Part shown: piece by piece, positions 28,357 to 40,115 of the stretch | How positions within the stretch are numbered: the first letter of the stretch is position 1 | Layout of the letters: every line of letters begins with the position of its first letter | From: Amoebidium appalachense | Lineage: Eukaryota; Protista; Ichthyosporea | Assembly: GCA_963693365.1 (NCBI GenBank) | Contig: CAVNZM010000013.1 | Span: 5,632,640 to 5,696,639, forward strand | Reading direction: 5' to 3' | Length of the DNA stretch: 64,000 bases | Notes under the pieces: model-generated | Told to the model about the DNA's origin: nothing | Database searches by the model: none | Seen by the model: the letters and a program-made list of their open reading frames with translations, nothing else | Position numbers and translations under genes: made by a program

Positions 28357-30451
28357 GGAGACAGAGAGAGAGGGGGGGGGGGGGGGAGGGAAGGAGGGAG
28401 GGAGGGTGGGTGGGAGGGAGGGAGGGAGGGGGGGGGGGGGGGAGAGAGAGAAGGGGGGGGAGGGAGGGGGGAGGGGAGGAAGGGAGGGAGGGAGGGAGAG
28501 AGAGGGTGGGGGTGGGGGTGGGGGAGGGGGGGAGGGGGGGGGGAGGGGGGAGGGGGGGGAAGAGGGAGGGGAATGGGGAAGGGAGGGGGGGGGGTGGGGG
28601 GAGCGAGAGATGGATAGACAGAGAGAGGGGGGGGGGGGGGGGAGAGAGAGAGAGAAGGGGGGAGGGGAGGGAGAGAGAGAGAGGATGGGATGAGTACCTT
28701 GAGGTCGTCCACATCCTTCAGTCTCTCAGCCTTGACATACTCTAAGGCTCTTTTTATGGCCGGCCATTTGGAGTTGTATGAAGAGTGGGGCATTTTCACG
28801 TATCCGTAGCGCCACACTGCATCGAATGGGTCCTTATAGAGGGCTGAAGGTGTGCAGTTGTGGGCTTGGGGGTCGGTCTTGTCGCACACCAGCTGGTGGG
28901 GAGGTGGTGTGTTTGGGTGTGTGTGTGTTTGTTGGGGGTAGGGGGGGGGGGGTGGAGGGGAGGACGAAAGTAGGTGGGCGGGTGGGTGGGGGGGAGGGGG
29001 GGGGGAGGAGGAGGTAGGGTGGGGGGGGGGGGGGGGGGGGCGGGAAGGTAGGGTGTGTGTGTGGGGGGGGGGGGGGGGGCAGCTGGTTGGTTAGATAGGA
29101 CTGCCGGTACCGGGTGGTCGTCTACATCATGCACGTTCCTCACCCAGGCTTGCGTATACTGCAATCATGTGTGAGTGTGGCTAATGTAAGGGACCGAGCC
29201 CAGGAGGAAAAACCACGTGCAACACCCTGTTGAAAATACTCATTGGTGACCAGTGCTTCACTAAGTATAGTTATATGTATACACACGCGTGTAACAGTTG
29301 CATTAAAGAGCGATAGTTGTTATTGTTTGACTCAACTTGCGCGAGCGCTTTTCCTTTTTGATACTTTTATACTATTTTGTTTTATTTTTATTCTTTTTTT
29401 TTTTTTTTTTTGGTGTGTGTGTGTGGGGGGGGGGGGGGATTATGCTCGGAAGTTGGACCAAAAGCTGCAAATTTAGCACCCTTTCGTGGACGCATTCATC
29501 TTCTACCGATAGAAAGAAACGATCTACCTTAAACGTAAAAAAGACGTTGGCCTAAGTGCTGTGCCCACATGCAGTCGGTCATATGTTGCACACGCACACC
29601 CAAATCCATAATAGCAGAGCAACACATCAATTCATGGAAAAACTTACACTGCAAAGAATGGTGTGTGCCCGCCTGTCCACCCTCTCATACGTCAAATCCT
29701 CCACACACCCCTCCATCACCGTCACCATCTTTGCACCCGCTGCCACATTTTTATCCGTCACACTACCAATATCAGTACGTTCGACACGTGGTGGTGATGG
29801 CCTACGAAAACCCAATGGCGACCTGTCCCGACTCGTGTACCCATCTCTCAAGGTTCCAGTTGACGAGCTCTGAGACTCAACTGAAGAGTAGCTGCTACAA
29901 GCGTAATCGTTTGCGTTGTAGCGTGTTTTTATTTCATCTGGGGGGAACTGCTGGAAACTCTCAGTTGGTGCATGTGTGCCTGGCTCAGTTGGATTCATTA
30001 TTGTAATTGATGCCGTCTGTGTTTCAGTAGTCCGCGTGGATGCTTGAATGGTGTTTTCGAAGCACGTGGGGGTGTCTGTGCTGTTGTTGTCCCCGTTGTG
30101 TGTGTGAGAAAAAATGTTAGGTGCAAGGTGATTGGAAGCTTGAAGAGGGCCAGTCTGGTTTTGTGAATCATGGTCCAGCTCCATAGGCATTGCGCCGTCT
30201 TCCATGGAGGTTTGCGTGCCAGCCATGCCTAATGGGTAGCCTTCGGGTGGTTGAATATCGGCGTTGTGTGGGTCTGGGAATTGCAAGGTGGGGTTTGGCT
30301 GTAGAACGGCTGGTGGATACATTCGCAGCTGCTGTTGCTGCTGAGGTTGTTGCAGGGGTTGTTGTTCAAGTGTGTGTCGTGGGTAGCCAGTGGGAGAAAG
30401 GCCGTTTGTGGAGATGCATTCATCACAGAGGCACACAGAAGGGCTGCACAT
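16586..30451 (-). CDS. PARG: Poly(ADP-ribose) glycohydrolase, canonical eukaryotic type; 17 exons: 30451-29648, 29158-29111, 28892-28698, 27648-27580, 26821-26678, 25987-25923, 25488-25379, 24833-24717, 24251-24217, 23236-23192, 22355-22269, 21463-21369, 20260-20176, 19040-18947, 18483-18418, 17607-17491, 16701-16586
   Basis: Phase-consistent GT-AG exons give PARG motifs in order: [88 protein letters not shown] (catalytic GGG-X7-QEE), [46 protein letters not shown]. Exact 3' end less certain. Confidence 0.95.
19572..19989. repeat. Tandem duplication of a ~200-bp intronic segment within PARG
   Basis: ggcgaggtgggtggcaagg..gcaggcatagtggacagaaagtgggaagagaaaggaagtgtgtgtgaggag..ggatggaggaagcacaagcgga occurs twice in succession. 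Confidence 0.9.
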
Positions 30452-30949
30452 GGTGGTAGAGCAAAGGATTGGATTCAGCCTGAAAGTTAAAGTTCATTCA
30501 GAGCAGGGGAGTACTGTAACAGTAGCAGTATAACACTTGAACGCAGCACGAATTACTGTATACGTATGTTTTCGTTGCAACTACAGCCGTTCAGATGCTT
30601 CGAAAAAGGAAAAGAAAATGGAACCCTTCCTACCTCAGCTGTTTTTAACGAGCATATGACAGTTTAAGAAGGGCCGAGTCATGCAGAGTGTCAGAATAAC
30701 ACTTTGGGATCTCGACCCGGCACTGTCTACGTAGCACCAGCACACATATGAGTGAAAGGTGTTCATCATCACGCATGAAGAAGACACAAAAACGTATTAA
30801 AAGAAAAGATAATACATATGAATACTAAAGACCGCCAAATAGTGGTGTCTTAACCCATGTGTTGCCTTAAGAACGGATCCACCCGCCGCCACCGTTACCT
30901 GCCTTAGGTTTTGCTTCGCTCCAGTTACGTAATCGCAAAAGTCAATATC

Positions 30950-31300
30950 TCTATTCCGATTGGCTGTAGCTTTGGCAGCCTTGGCTCATAGATCTAGCCA
31001 ATCACAATGTGTATAGCAGTTCAACCTACGAAACGCATGCCGCGGCATTGCATGTAGTCTCCAAGGCTTTGTACCCGCTGGCTTACGCAAGTGGCCTGGG
31101 CGGCCTACGACGCTGCGGGACGTCTCCGGCTGGGTCCTTCTGGCTGTAATGACCAATCAGATCGCTCAATCTGTAATGACCAATCGTAATGCTCATAAGT
31201 TTTAAAGCAATCATCTAATCTCATTATATAAAAAGCCTGGGCAGGCAGATCATGTCTTCTTTTTACTAAGTTGGATTTACGTCATTTTGAACCAATCGCC
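30950..31300. promoter_or_regulatory. Putative bidirectional promoter between PARG and the PARP-like gene
   Basis: Microsatellite-free spacer with CCAAT boxes in both orientations (ATTGG ~30959; CCAAT ~30998, ~31153, ~31180, ~31291) and TATA-like TATATAAAAA ~31225. Confidence 0.5.
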
Positions 31301-31942
31301 GCTCGTTAAGCCAGATCCGATTACGCGCGATCAAACTTTGTCTAGTGACTGTACATGTCGCCTGCGGCAACATACAAGGTATGTTAGAGGCCGCAGGGAG
31401 ACAGCACTCGGAGTGACTACATTGCATGTGTTTTCCTGCACGTACGGACATATGCCGGGGTCTTTTCTGGCCCGTGCCAGAGCTCCCGAGGGTTTCGCAG
31501 CTACGTAATCCTCCACCGCGAGTGAAACATTCATGGCTTGCTACGTACCGTACATACCTATTCCCCGCAGGTATCTCTCAAGTTGCTTCCGAGTAGACCC
31601 ATAGCACGGAACCATCGGGTGTCAGTCAAGCAGTGCACGATGCTGCATCACACGCAGGAGTGGTGTTTTCTTCGCCCCAGCTGCAAACCTGTGTGTACAA
31701 CCGGACTCATTCTAAAATGGAGTGGTAAGAGTGACACTGAACAGCCTACGGTTCTGCACGCTGCCTTCATTCACAGATTTTTAGCCTCTATTGAGTTGGG
31801 AAAGGGAGAGTACCTATTTTTCGCGACAATTCGATGTGTCAAACAATACTATGGTTCTTTCAGCGGGTCTTTTTCCAAAATAAAATTTTTTTTTAAAAAA
31901 AAACAGCATATCAAGTTCCTTTTTTTTTTTTTTTTTGCAAAC

Positions 31943-33260
31943 ATGTCAGAGCCAGATGCCGTACGTGGGAGCGAGCAGGGTCCTACCAACCCTGAGTCGA
32001 GGCCTGGGCCTCTGCAGCTGTGCCGTGTGGGGTGCAACCGTGTGGGTGCCGATGGGACGGCCTTTTGCTGCAACGACTGTCGACACAGCTGGGCCGAAAA
32101 CCACACAGAAGACTGCAACATGCGCATGGGTATTGTGGTTGGGGAAAGTGATGCTCGTGGCGGCAGTGGTGAAGATGGTGACAGTGAAATGGAAACGTGC
32201 CCAGAGGAATCGGAGGAGTCCGAAATCATATGCCACCGCCCTTTTGTCGACGGTATGTTTCAGACACGTGCACACTCGCAGCCGACGGTCACCTGGCGCC
32301 AGCAACCAGCACGCTTCCTTGACCGCCTCTTTTTCAACCCGTTTTTCATGCAGGAAGATAATCTCCCACCCCGCGATTTTTTCCCCTATTCCCTCCCTGC
32401 CAGTGACCCCTCCAGCGCCCGTCAATCTCCGAGAGGGTCAGGTGGCCAGTTTTCGCTGTGCACCATGGGCTGCGGTTACATTTGCGCACTCGGGTACAGT
32501 ACGTGTTGCAGGGCGTGTGTGAAATGTGGCAAGCACGATGGAAACTGCACGCAAACACAGCCCACCGTTGACCCTGTAACCGGCACTTTCATTCTCGTAA
32601 AGAGACCCCCCAATCAACTCGCTCAAAATTCGACATTGAGTCAGACCATGTGCGAGCGTCTGTGCGGAAAAAGGGTAAATCCGGGGTTCAAGACGTGCTG
32701 CCGCGCGTGCGGAAATGTTAAAGGTTCTCACGACGCAACATGTGGTGGAAACGGTGAAGCCCAATTCAATACAATTCTTAAAATCCCCACATGTCGTTTC
32801 TGCAGCAAGCCGCCACGTCCCAACTTCCAAACATGTTGCCGCACATGTGGGTTAACTCCGGAGACTCACGACGCATCTTGCGGCACGAACGCCCTTGCGG
32901 TTTGCAAACTGGGCTGTGGGATGGGTGTGGCGGCAGGAACCTTCACCACATGTTGTAAGGCATGTGCGCAGGGCACATCCACACACGACTCCACCTGTTT
33001 GGGTGTGCCTGTTCCTATTCCAAACACGGCAACGACCGTTACGGCCACAAGTGCAAGCAGTGTGTCTACTAATTGGCCAACATGTGAAAGGGGGTGTGGT
33101 AACCCGTGTGCCCCCACCTACTTTACGTGCTGCAGAGGGTGTGGGCGAGGTCGGGCCCATGATGGCCAGTGCACCGGTATTGCTGGCAGGTATGTGACCC
33201 CCCCCCCCCCCCCCCTCCTTCCCCCCAGTCCCCCCTCCCCCCTCCCCACTTCCCTCCTCC

Positions 33261-33298
<38 letters not shown>

Positions 33299-33759
33299 CC
33301 CCCCCCCCCCCCCCAAAAAAAAAAAAAAAAAAAAAAAACGCTCCCCTTTTCAATGCTTTCAAAATGTTTTAAATAGAAATGGGTCGGAAGAGATGGTGTT
33401 TGACTCTGCGTCTGTATGTGCGGATAAAGGGGGGGGGGGGGGGGGGGGGGGGGGAGATTGCAGTTGACATACATTGTTTTTCGTTTTGATTAGTTGTCGT
33501 AAATTCGTTTCCTTCAAAATATTTGTTCCCTTAGCGCTCTCGTTCCTTCCATATATTGCAGAAATGCAGCAGCTGGGTCTTTTCCGTAGTGTAAAAACCA
33601 TTCTCCTCGCCCTTTCACCTTCAGCCCCCCTCCCCCTTCCCCCCACTCATCTATTTGAAATTCCCTCTTTCAAAAAACTACCCCCCCCCCCCCCCCCCCC
33701 CCCTTCCCCCCGGACCGAAAAGACACGCCCGCACGTCACCCGAACACAAATGTATGCAC

Positions 33760-33798
<39 letters not shown>

Positions 33799-33902
33799 AA
33801 AGAAACCGTCCGAGGGTAGTGCTTGTGAGTCAGTCCTTTAGCAGTCTCGCAGTATTTTTCATATACCTCCCTCCCCCCCCCCCCCCCCCCCCCTCCCTGA
33901 CC

Positions 33903-33934
<32 letters not shown>

Positions 33935-34728
33935 ATCCAAAAAAAAAAAAAAAAAAAAAAAAAAGGAAAAAAAAAAAAAAACAAAGAAAAAAGAAAAGGA
34001 AAAAAAAAAAGAAAAAAGGAAAAGAAAAGACAAAGGGGAAGGGTGGGACCACACCCATTCCTTTAGTTATGTTTTCCGTCCCGCACTTAGTATTCCGCAG
34101 ATGACGGTAGCGAGAATCTGAAAAACAGGAGGGACAAATAAAAAAACGGACCTACTGACATGGATCCCCACACAGAATAAGTGCCGACCAGCAGTCTCTA
34201 GCCGACTACATCCACGGCAAGGTCAAGTCAGCCGGCAGGACCCTTGTCTCCCTGCAACTCATTGCATACACCAACCCAACCCTCCCCAACAACAACAACA
34301 CCCTCTACTCTCCAGCCCACGCCGCCCCCGGAAACACCGCCATCACCCCAACCACAGCAACTAAATTCACCACAACGAAAGGAAACGACACCCTCGTCAC
34401 CAAATTTGTGCAACTTCATGCGCAGTACACTACAAAAACGACGGATGTTGTCTTTCACGGTACCGCACACCACGCATCTATCGTCTCGACTGGGTTCAGC
34501 GCAAGTGCAAGGAAGACTGATGCGGTAGGGAGCAGCAAGGGCTTTCGGACGCCGAGCCACGAATACAGCACAACAGATGTGGGGACGGCAAAACAGTATG
34601 GAAATAGCATGGTGGTGTGTGTGGTGTTGCCTGGTACTAGCGGGGTCAACCACACATCAGGGGCACCGATCTACACAACGAGGGATGTGGCACAGCTGCT
34701 GCCTGTGGCTGTGATCACTGTTGGGTGA
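31943..34728 (+). CDS. PARP-fold ADP-ribosyltransferase (H-Y-I, probably mono-ART) with six N-terminal Cys/His repeats; exons 31943-33189 and 34176-34728, ~599 aa
   Basis: Exon 1 ends AG|gtatgt (phase 2), branch CTACTGAC ~34152, acceptor cacag|; exon 2 reads DVVFHGTAHHASIVSTGF...HEYSTTDVGTAKQYG..MVVCVVLPG...PIYTTRDVAQLLPVAVITVG*, matching the PARP catalytic pattern FHGT..I..GF..Y...A..Y..C.VL.G..[E/I]Y..Q.LP..VI. Confidence 0.85.
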
Positions 34729-34895
34729 TTGGTTTTTCGAGGTTTCATTCACTTCGAGATTTTTTTTTTTTTTTTTGGTTCCAGTTAAAAAAATTTTTTT
34801 TTTTCTTCTTTTTTTAGGAAGGAAATGCTCAAATCAAGGAAGTTTTTTTCCTCTTTCTTTCTTTCTTTTCTTTTTTTTTTTCTCTTTCTTTTTTA

Positions 34896-34948
<53 letters not shown>

Positions 34949-36642
34949 GGAGATGTACGAATCAAGAATATGTCTGAGGGGAGGGACGACCCGGGAGGAC
35001 GGGGAGGTGTTTGGGGGGGGGGGGGGGGGGGGGGGGCTTGGTGTAGCAATTGGCGGGAAGGGGGGACGGAGGCAGATGATGAGAAATATGCAGCTGCACC
35101 TCTGAGTCGACGAGAAAGCTGTGCATGTGCATGTGAGTTGCTGCATGTGTATCACGTGGATGTGAGAGAGAGTGTGGCGTGCATGTACAAGTGTGCGTGT
35201 ACGTGTGCGAAGGTGTGACTGCGTGTGCGTGTACACGTGTTTGTGTGTGTATTTGGATTAAAGCCTCATAGTTGTTGCACGGTGTGGGTGGGAAAAAGGG
35301 GAAACGGCGCAATCAGGGTGTTTTATTTGGATAAAAGTTTCCGGTAGTGTGCAGGTTAGAGGCTGTGTATGAATACGATATACATGTAAAGCTGTGTGTA
35401 ATAGTTTCAACGAATCTCTGTGCATAAACATCCCATTCTATCAATGGGAACGGTTTCGTGTGTGGTTTGACATTTGAACGGACATGTGTGAATATATATA
35501 GCAGGACAAATAGTCGGCTGAGATAGTAGGGGAAAATAATTCGATGGTTGGGCAGATTGTTGGGCCGAGATATTTGGATAGATAGTTGGGTGAATACGGT
35601 AGGAAGTATTACATTGGGTAGGTAGGTGGGTACATATGTCTGCATGCTTTTGTTTGTAGTTCGTTAGAAAGTGGGGTTTGTTTATTTGGCAAGATCATTT
35701 GAGTTGGGTAGATATCAGGGAGATAGCGGTGACGCATTAGTAAGCAGTTGAAAGAGTAGTTAGAGACAAGTATGGAGTGTACATAGAATTGGGTGGAAAT
35801 ATTGTACTGAGGTATGAAGATTTCTACATCGTTGATATCTGTGCCTATATTTGAGAGAAAAAATTGTCGGACATTAGGTTTTGGTTTTAAAGATGCATTC
35901 TTTCGTTATGTTCCTTCAGGCTGCCAGTTTTTGTCTGGTTTACAACGCACTTACGGTGCATACTAGAATGATGCACCCCGTTGGACTTTTGATTGAATTT
36001 CTTTTTTAGCAACACGAAGAAGGCAGTTTTTTCCTATATATATTGTTAGGCCATACATTCAATGCATATTGAACAGCAGCAAGAGATGATACAAAAATTG
36101 TGCAACAGCCCCCCTCCCCCCCCCTCCCCCCCCCCCCTCACCTCCTCCCCCCCCCCCCGGCCGCCCCCCTCCTCCCCGGGGTGTATACCTACATGAGCCT
36201 ATCTGTGGCTCCTCGTACCTCTTTTTTTCTTGCCCATAGACTCACACATGCGGACAGCAAAATCACAAATTCACGCAACCCCGCCTCAGACCCGCTTCCC
36301 TGCCCTCTAATCCTCCTCCCCTCCTGCTTCCTCCCTCCCACTCACCCACAACCAAAAACACACATACACACACATCCCCCCCCCCCCCTCCCCTCCCTCC
36401 CCCCCCATCCGCTGCACGCACGCATGCACGCACGCACGCACGCACGCACACACGCACGCATGCACGCGCATGCGTGCGCGCACACGTACATGCATGCAAG
36501 CACTACTTTTACGCCAACCCACCCATCTACCCATCCCACCACTCAATGAGTCACACATCATAATTCCAAAGAGTCACCTCGACGCATCCACCCCTGGGGC
36601 CCTGGGCACACAATGCTGGTAGCACTAACAACCAACCCCATC

Positions 36643-36690
<48 letters not shown>

Positions 36691-37120
36691 ACACCCTCCC
36701 TCCTGCCCCCCCACCACCCTCCCTCCCCCCCTCCCCCCCTCCCCCCGCCCCCCGCTCCCACACAAAACGCCACCGCTACCACCTCCCCCTCCCCTCCCCC
36801 CAAACGTCCTTTATAAGCTGTCACCCAAACCACTTCACAGCACCCACTGTGCACACAGTACATAGTAGGTGAGCACTGGACAGACCCTGAAGGGTGGCCC
36901 ACGTGCTGTAGAAGAAAAAACATTCCAAATTTATGAAAAGAGTAACGTCCAGTAGGTTTTTCCAGTGAATAATGAATTATTCGGTCTGCAAGGGGAATAA
37001 GGGTTAGTCGGTCGTAATAATACCAGAATAGTTCATGATTTTTATTTTGGGTTCTTATTTTTAAAAAAGCAGCGGCTTACAAAAGGATTAATTCACAAAT
37101 CTGTTACACCGTTAGCAGGG

Positions 37121-37320
37121 TAGGATTCTGCACGTGGTTGTGAGTTAGGATTATGCACGTGGTTGTGTGTGAAGATTATGCACGTGGTTGTGTGTGAAGA
37201 TTATGCACGTGGTTGTGTGTTAGGATTATGCACGTGGTTGTGTGTTAGGATTATGCACGTGGTTGTGTGCTAGGATTATGCAGCACGTGGTTGTGTGTTA
37301 GGATTACTACACGTGGTTGT
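37121..37320. repeat. 25-bp minisatellite, ~8 copies (TAGGATTATGCACGTGGTTGTGTGT)
   Basis: Head-to-tail units with few variants, no unique spacers, each containing CACGTG. Confidence 0.95.
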
Positions 37321-38085
37321 ATATATGATCTTGAGGGTTTGGGTTGTGTTTAGCGGCCGTTTTTGCGTGCATCCAGATACTTTGTGTACGTGAATGTGTG
37401 TGCAAGATTCTGAACAGGGTGAATTGGTGGAAAGTGTTCACGTGGTACCGTGTGTGTGTGAAAAGTATGTGTGTCCTGTACATGCTCGTATGGTTGGGAA
37501 GTCACTGACCCACTCCCCCCTCCAGCCCCCCCCTTCCCCCCCCCTCCCCTCCACACCCTCCCCGATCACCCGGTCCTGCCCCAATACATATACACCACTT
37601 CAACACTCATATTATCTACCTCACCCCAACTCGTTTTGCCTTGGGAGATTTGGAACGGGAGCTGCATTCAAAGAGAAGAGAGGGGAAGATTCAAAGTGCA
37701 GGGAGATTCATCCTGTGGGAGGAAAAGGGGGCCTGCTGAGTTCAGCCGAGGAGATCTAGAACACCCTGAGGGGCCAGAGGGGGAGGGGAAGGAGGGGAGG
37801 GAGGGCTGAGAGGGAGGTTGGTAATGGAGGAGGAGGAGGGCAGGGGGGAGAAGGGGCAAGGGCGGGGAGGTTGACTAGAAACATCGGGGAAAATGAAAAA
37901 CAAAATCATGTTCTACCCTTCACCTCACGTCCAGCTTTCCCCCGTGAAGGGGGGGGGGGGGGGGGGGGGGGGAGGTGGAGGCCGGAAGGTTGGGGAGAAG
38001 GCGGTTAGGAGAAGAGAGTGGGAGGAAGGTGAAGTGGGCGCAAGCAAAAACACAAGTTGAAATGTAACAGCTAGCCTACCCCTAA

Positions 38086-38203
<118 letters not shown>

Positions 38204-38669
38204 AGAAAAAAAAATATATACCACCCACAAGTAACTCCTCCGAAAATAGGCAAAGAATAGGCGAGGCATATTGTCTGCTAATGAACTCCAAGTTCATCAG
38301 CTTCAGCACGTTTTATGTGTATGTGGTCACTGGCCATACACTGCCGTAAACGAAATTATACCCCTCCGTTGACTCCCACTGAGGAAAAAAGAACATATCT
38401 CACACCCAGACAAAACGGTTATTTGCATTTAACTTTCTGCTTTGATAAAATTGACAAAGGTTCTCAACTGCTACAACTGAATAAATAATGGCTAATTCAT
38501 AAACGGTTACCGTTCGAATGTGAGAAAATCTAAGACTTCATCGGTGCTTCAAAGGGTCTATCATTAAAACTTCACTGCTACCGTAAACTTCAAAACAATT
38601 ATATAATAATTACTTAGTAACCAATGCCTACAAACTCCTAAAACAATTGAATCTGCAGCTGGTTCCCAC

Positions 38670-40115
38670 TCATGCCGGTGTTGCATTCCCTGCCCCCACG
38701 TGCACCTCTCCCGCCACTCTGTGCATGAAATGCAGTGCCAGCAACAGATTTGCCTGAGTCCACAGCAGGGGGCAGATGTCATTCACCACATACCGACCCT
38801 TCTCGATGTAGTACGACTCGGGGCACTTAAAGGCACCAAATGCACACTCACTACCCGTCACCTGACCCACAGACCGATTAAAGAAAAGCGTCTGCAACCG
38901 GACCAGCTCCTCTCTCTCCTGATTGGTTGCCTCGAGGGCCCACATGCCACATATGGCCGAGATGATTGGGTCGAATATGCACCACTGTGCCTCCTGCCCC
39001 GGCCGCAGCATGCAGTCCCGTGCCCCCATGTTGTCGCTGAAATCTGCCGTGCGGTTTTCTTCGCTGAATAGTGTCTTGTAGTCGGCCATCCAATAGGAAT
39101 CGCCGACATAGCGCCTTATCCCGTGGTCACCCGCCAGCATGTTCACGACGTCCTCCACAATCTGCCGTGCCATGTCCCCCTCGACCACACGCAAGGGGTA
39201 GACCAGGAACAGAAGTGCCCCGTCTGTGCGTCTCTCCACTCCGTCGTCTCTGCTCTCCCACGGCAATAGGGCACTTAGTGTCTGGTGCCCGCGTGTTTCC
39301 AATGCAGCCACCAAAACACTCCCATCGTCAGCCAAAGCAACATCCGCACTCGTGAGTGCACGGGCGTGAGAAAGTGCGGAGGTGTAAGCGGCCTGAAATG
39401 CACGTGCCGTGGAGGGGCTTTCGTCCAGCAAGCAGCGCAGTTCACGCAGGCCCGCAGTGGCGGCACCGACACTGGAGGCCTCAACCTTTCTTGCCTCCTC
39501 CCAGTGGCCGTTGTCTTTGTCGACCCAAAACCCAACCGCGTGCAGGTAGAGGGGGATAAGGGCAAGCAGGTCGGCTAGGGCTGGCTCGCTGCAGTCAATG
39601 TGCCCGGCCCGGCCCAGGAGGCACGCCAGCCACAGGAAGTAGCCCACTGCGTCGTTTTGGGCGTGCGACCACGTCTCTGTGTTCTCCTTCAGGCGGTGGC
39701 CGTTGAAGCGAATGTGCGGCCGCTGCATCACGTCATTAGTGTCTGCTCGCCCAGAAATGCAGTCGACAAAACGATGGCGGTGTGCGGCCCAGAATTTAGC
39801 AATGTCTGCAGCCACTGCCACTGCCTTTTGCGGCTGGCCGGTGGCGAAGTGGGCGTGGGCGATGTGGATGTTGTCGCGCACCCACACGTTGCTGTAGCCG
39901 GTGTAGTCGGCACCAGGCTGGTCGGTGAGGGCGGCACAGAAGAGGCCACGGCCTGGGATGGTGGGAAAGGCGAGGGACCCTTTGCTGGCCAGCAGCTCCC
40001 AGATGTGCTTTACGCCATCCTTGGTGTAGGCGTCAGACAGCAGCTCGCCCAAGTCGGTGTTGTGCATCACAACGTTTGGTGTTGCTGCAAACCGCGGCGG
40101 CGAACTCGGAGCCAT
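38670..40115 (-). CDS. Intronless GH15-like (alpha/alpha)6 glycoside hydrolase, phosphorylase-kinase-alpha/beta-related, bacterial-like
   Basis: Intact ORF from MAPSSPPRF; motifs GYSNVWVRDN, PHIRFNG, HAQNDAVGYFLW, DNGHWEE, SSVG, DGALLFLVYPL, GIRRYVGDSY, PESYY, PLLWTQANL; no signal peptide. Confidence 0.8.
   Translation of the reverse strand: MAPSSPPRFAATPNVVMHNTDLGELLSDAYTKDGVKHIWELLASKGSLAFPTIPGRGLFCAALTDQPGADYTGYSNVWVRDNIHIAHAHFATGQPQKAVAVAADIAKFWAAHRHRFVDCISGRADTNDVMQRPHIRFNGHRLKENTETWSHAQNDAVGYFLWLACLLGRAGHIDCSEPALADLLALIPLYLHAVGFWVDKDNGHWEEARKVEASSVGAATAGLRELRCLLDESPSTARAFQAAYTSALSHARALTSADVALADDGSVLVAALETRGHQTLSALLPWESRDDGVERRTDGALLFLVYPLRVVEGDMARQIVEDVVNMLAGDHGIRRYVGDSYWMADYKTLFSEENRTADFSDNMGARDCMLRPGQEAQWCIFDPIISAICGMWALEATNQEREELVRLQTLFFNRSVGQVTGSECAFGAFKCPESYYIEKGRYVVNDICPLLWTQANLLLALHFMHRVAGEVHVGAGNATPA

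Noticed and set aside
29648-29760. Macrodomain-like start ([12 protein letters not shown]) in PARG exon 1
   Set aside because: Following residues align better with the PARG pre-catalytic segment (HT..., YKD..W..VKMP); no separate macrodomain motifs
31538-31942. N-terminal extension of ORF 31538-33376, and similar extensions of ORFs 12377-14119, 38670-40178, 41323-42774 and 59621-61138
   Set aside because: Upstream starts mostly at non-ATG codons, running through UTR, promoter or T-tract sequence; ATGs at 31943, 13951, 40115, 41377 and 61018 have better context or paralog support
37121-37320. Possible CRISPR array
   Set aside because: Units are contiguous with no unique spacers, no cas genes, eukaryotic context
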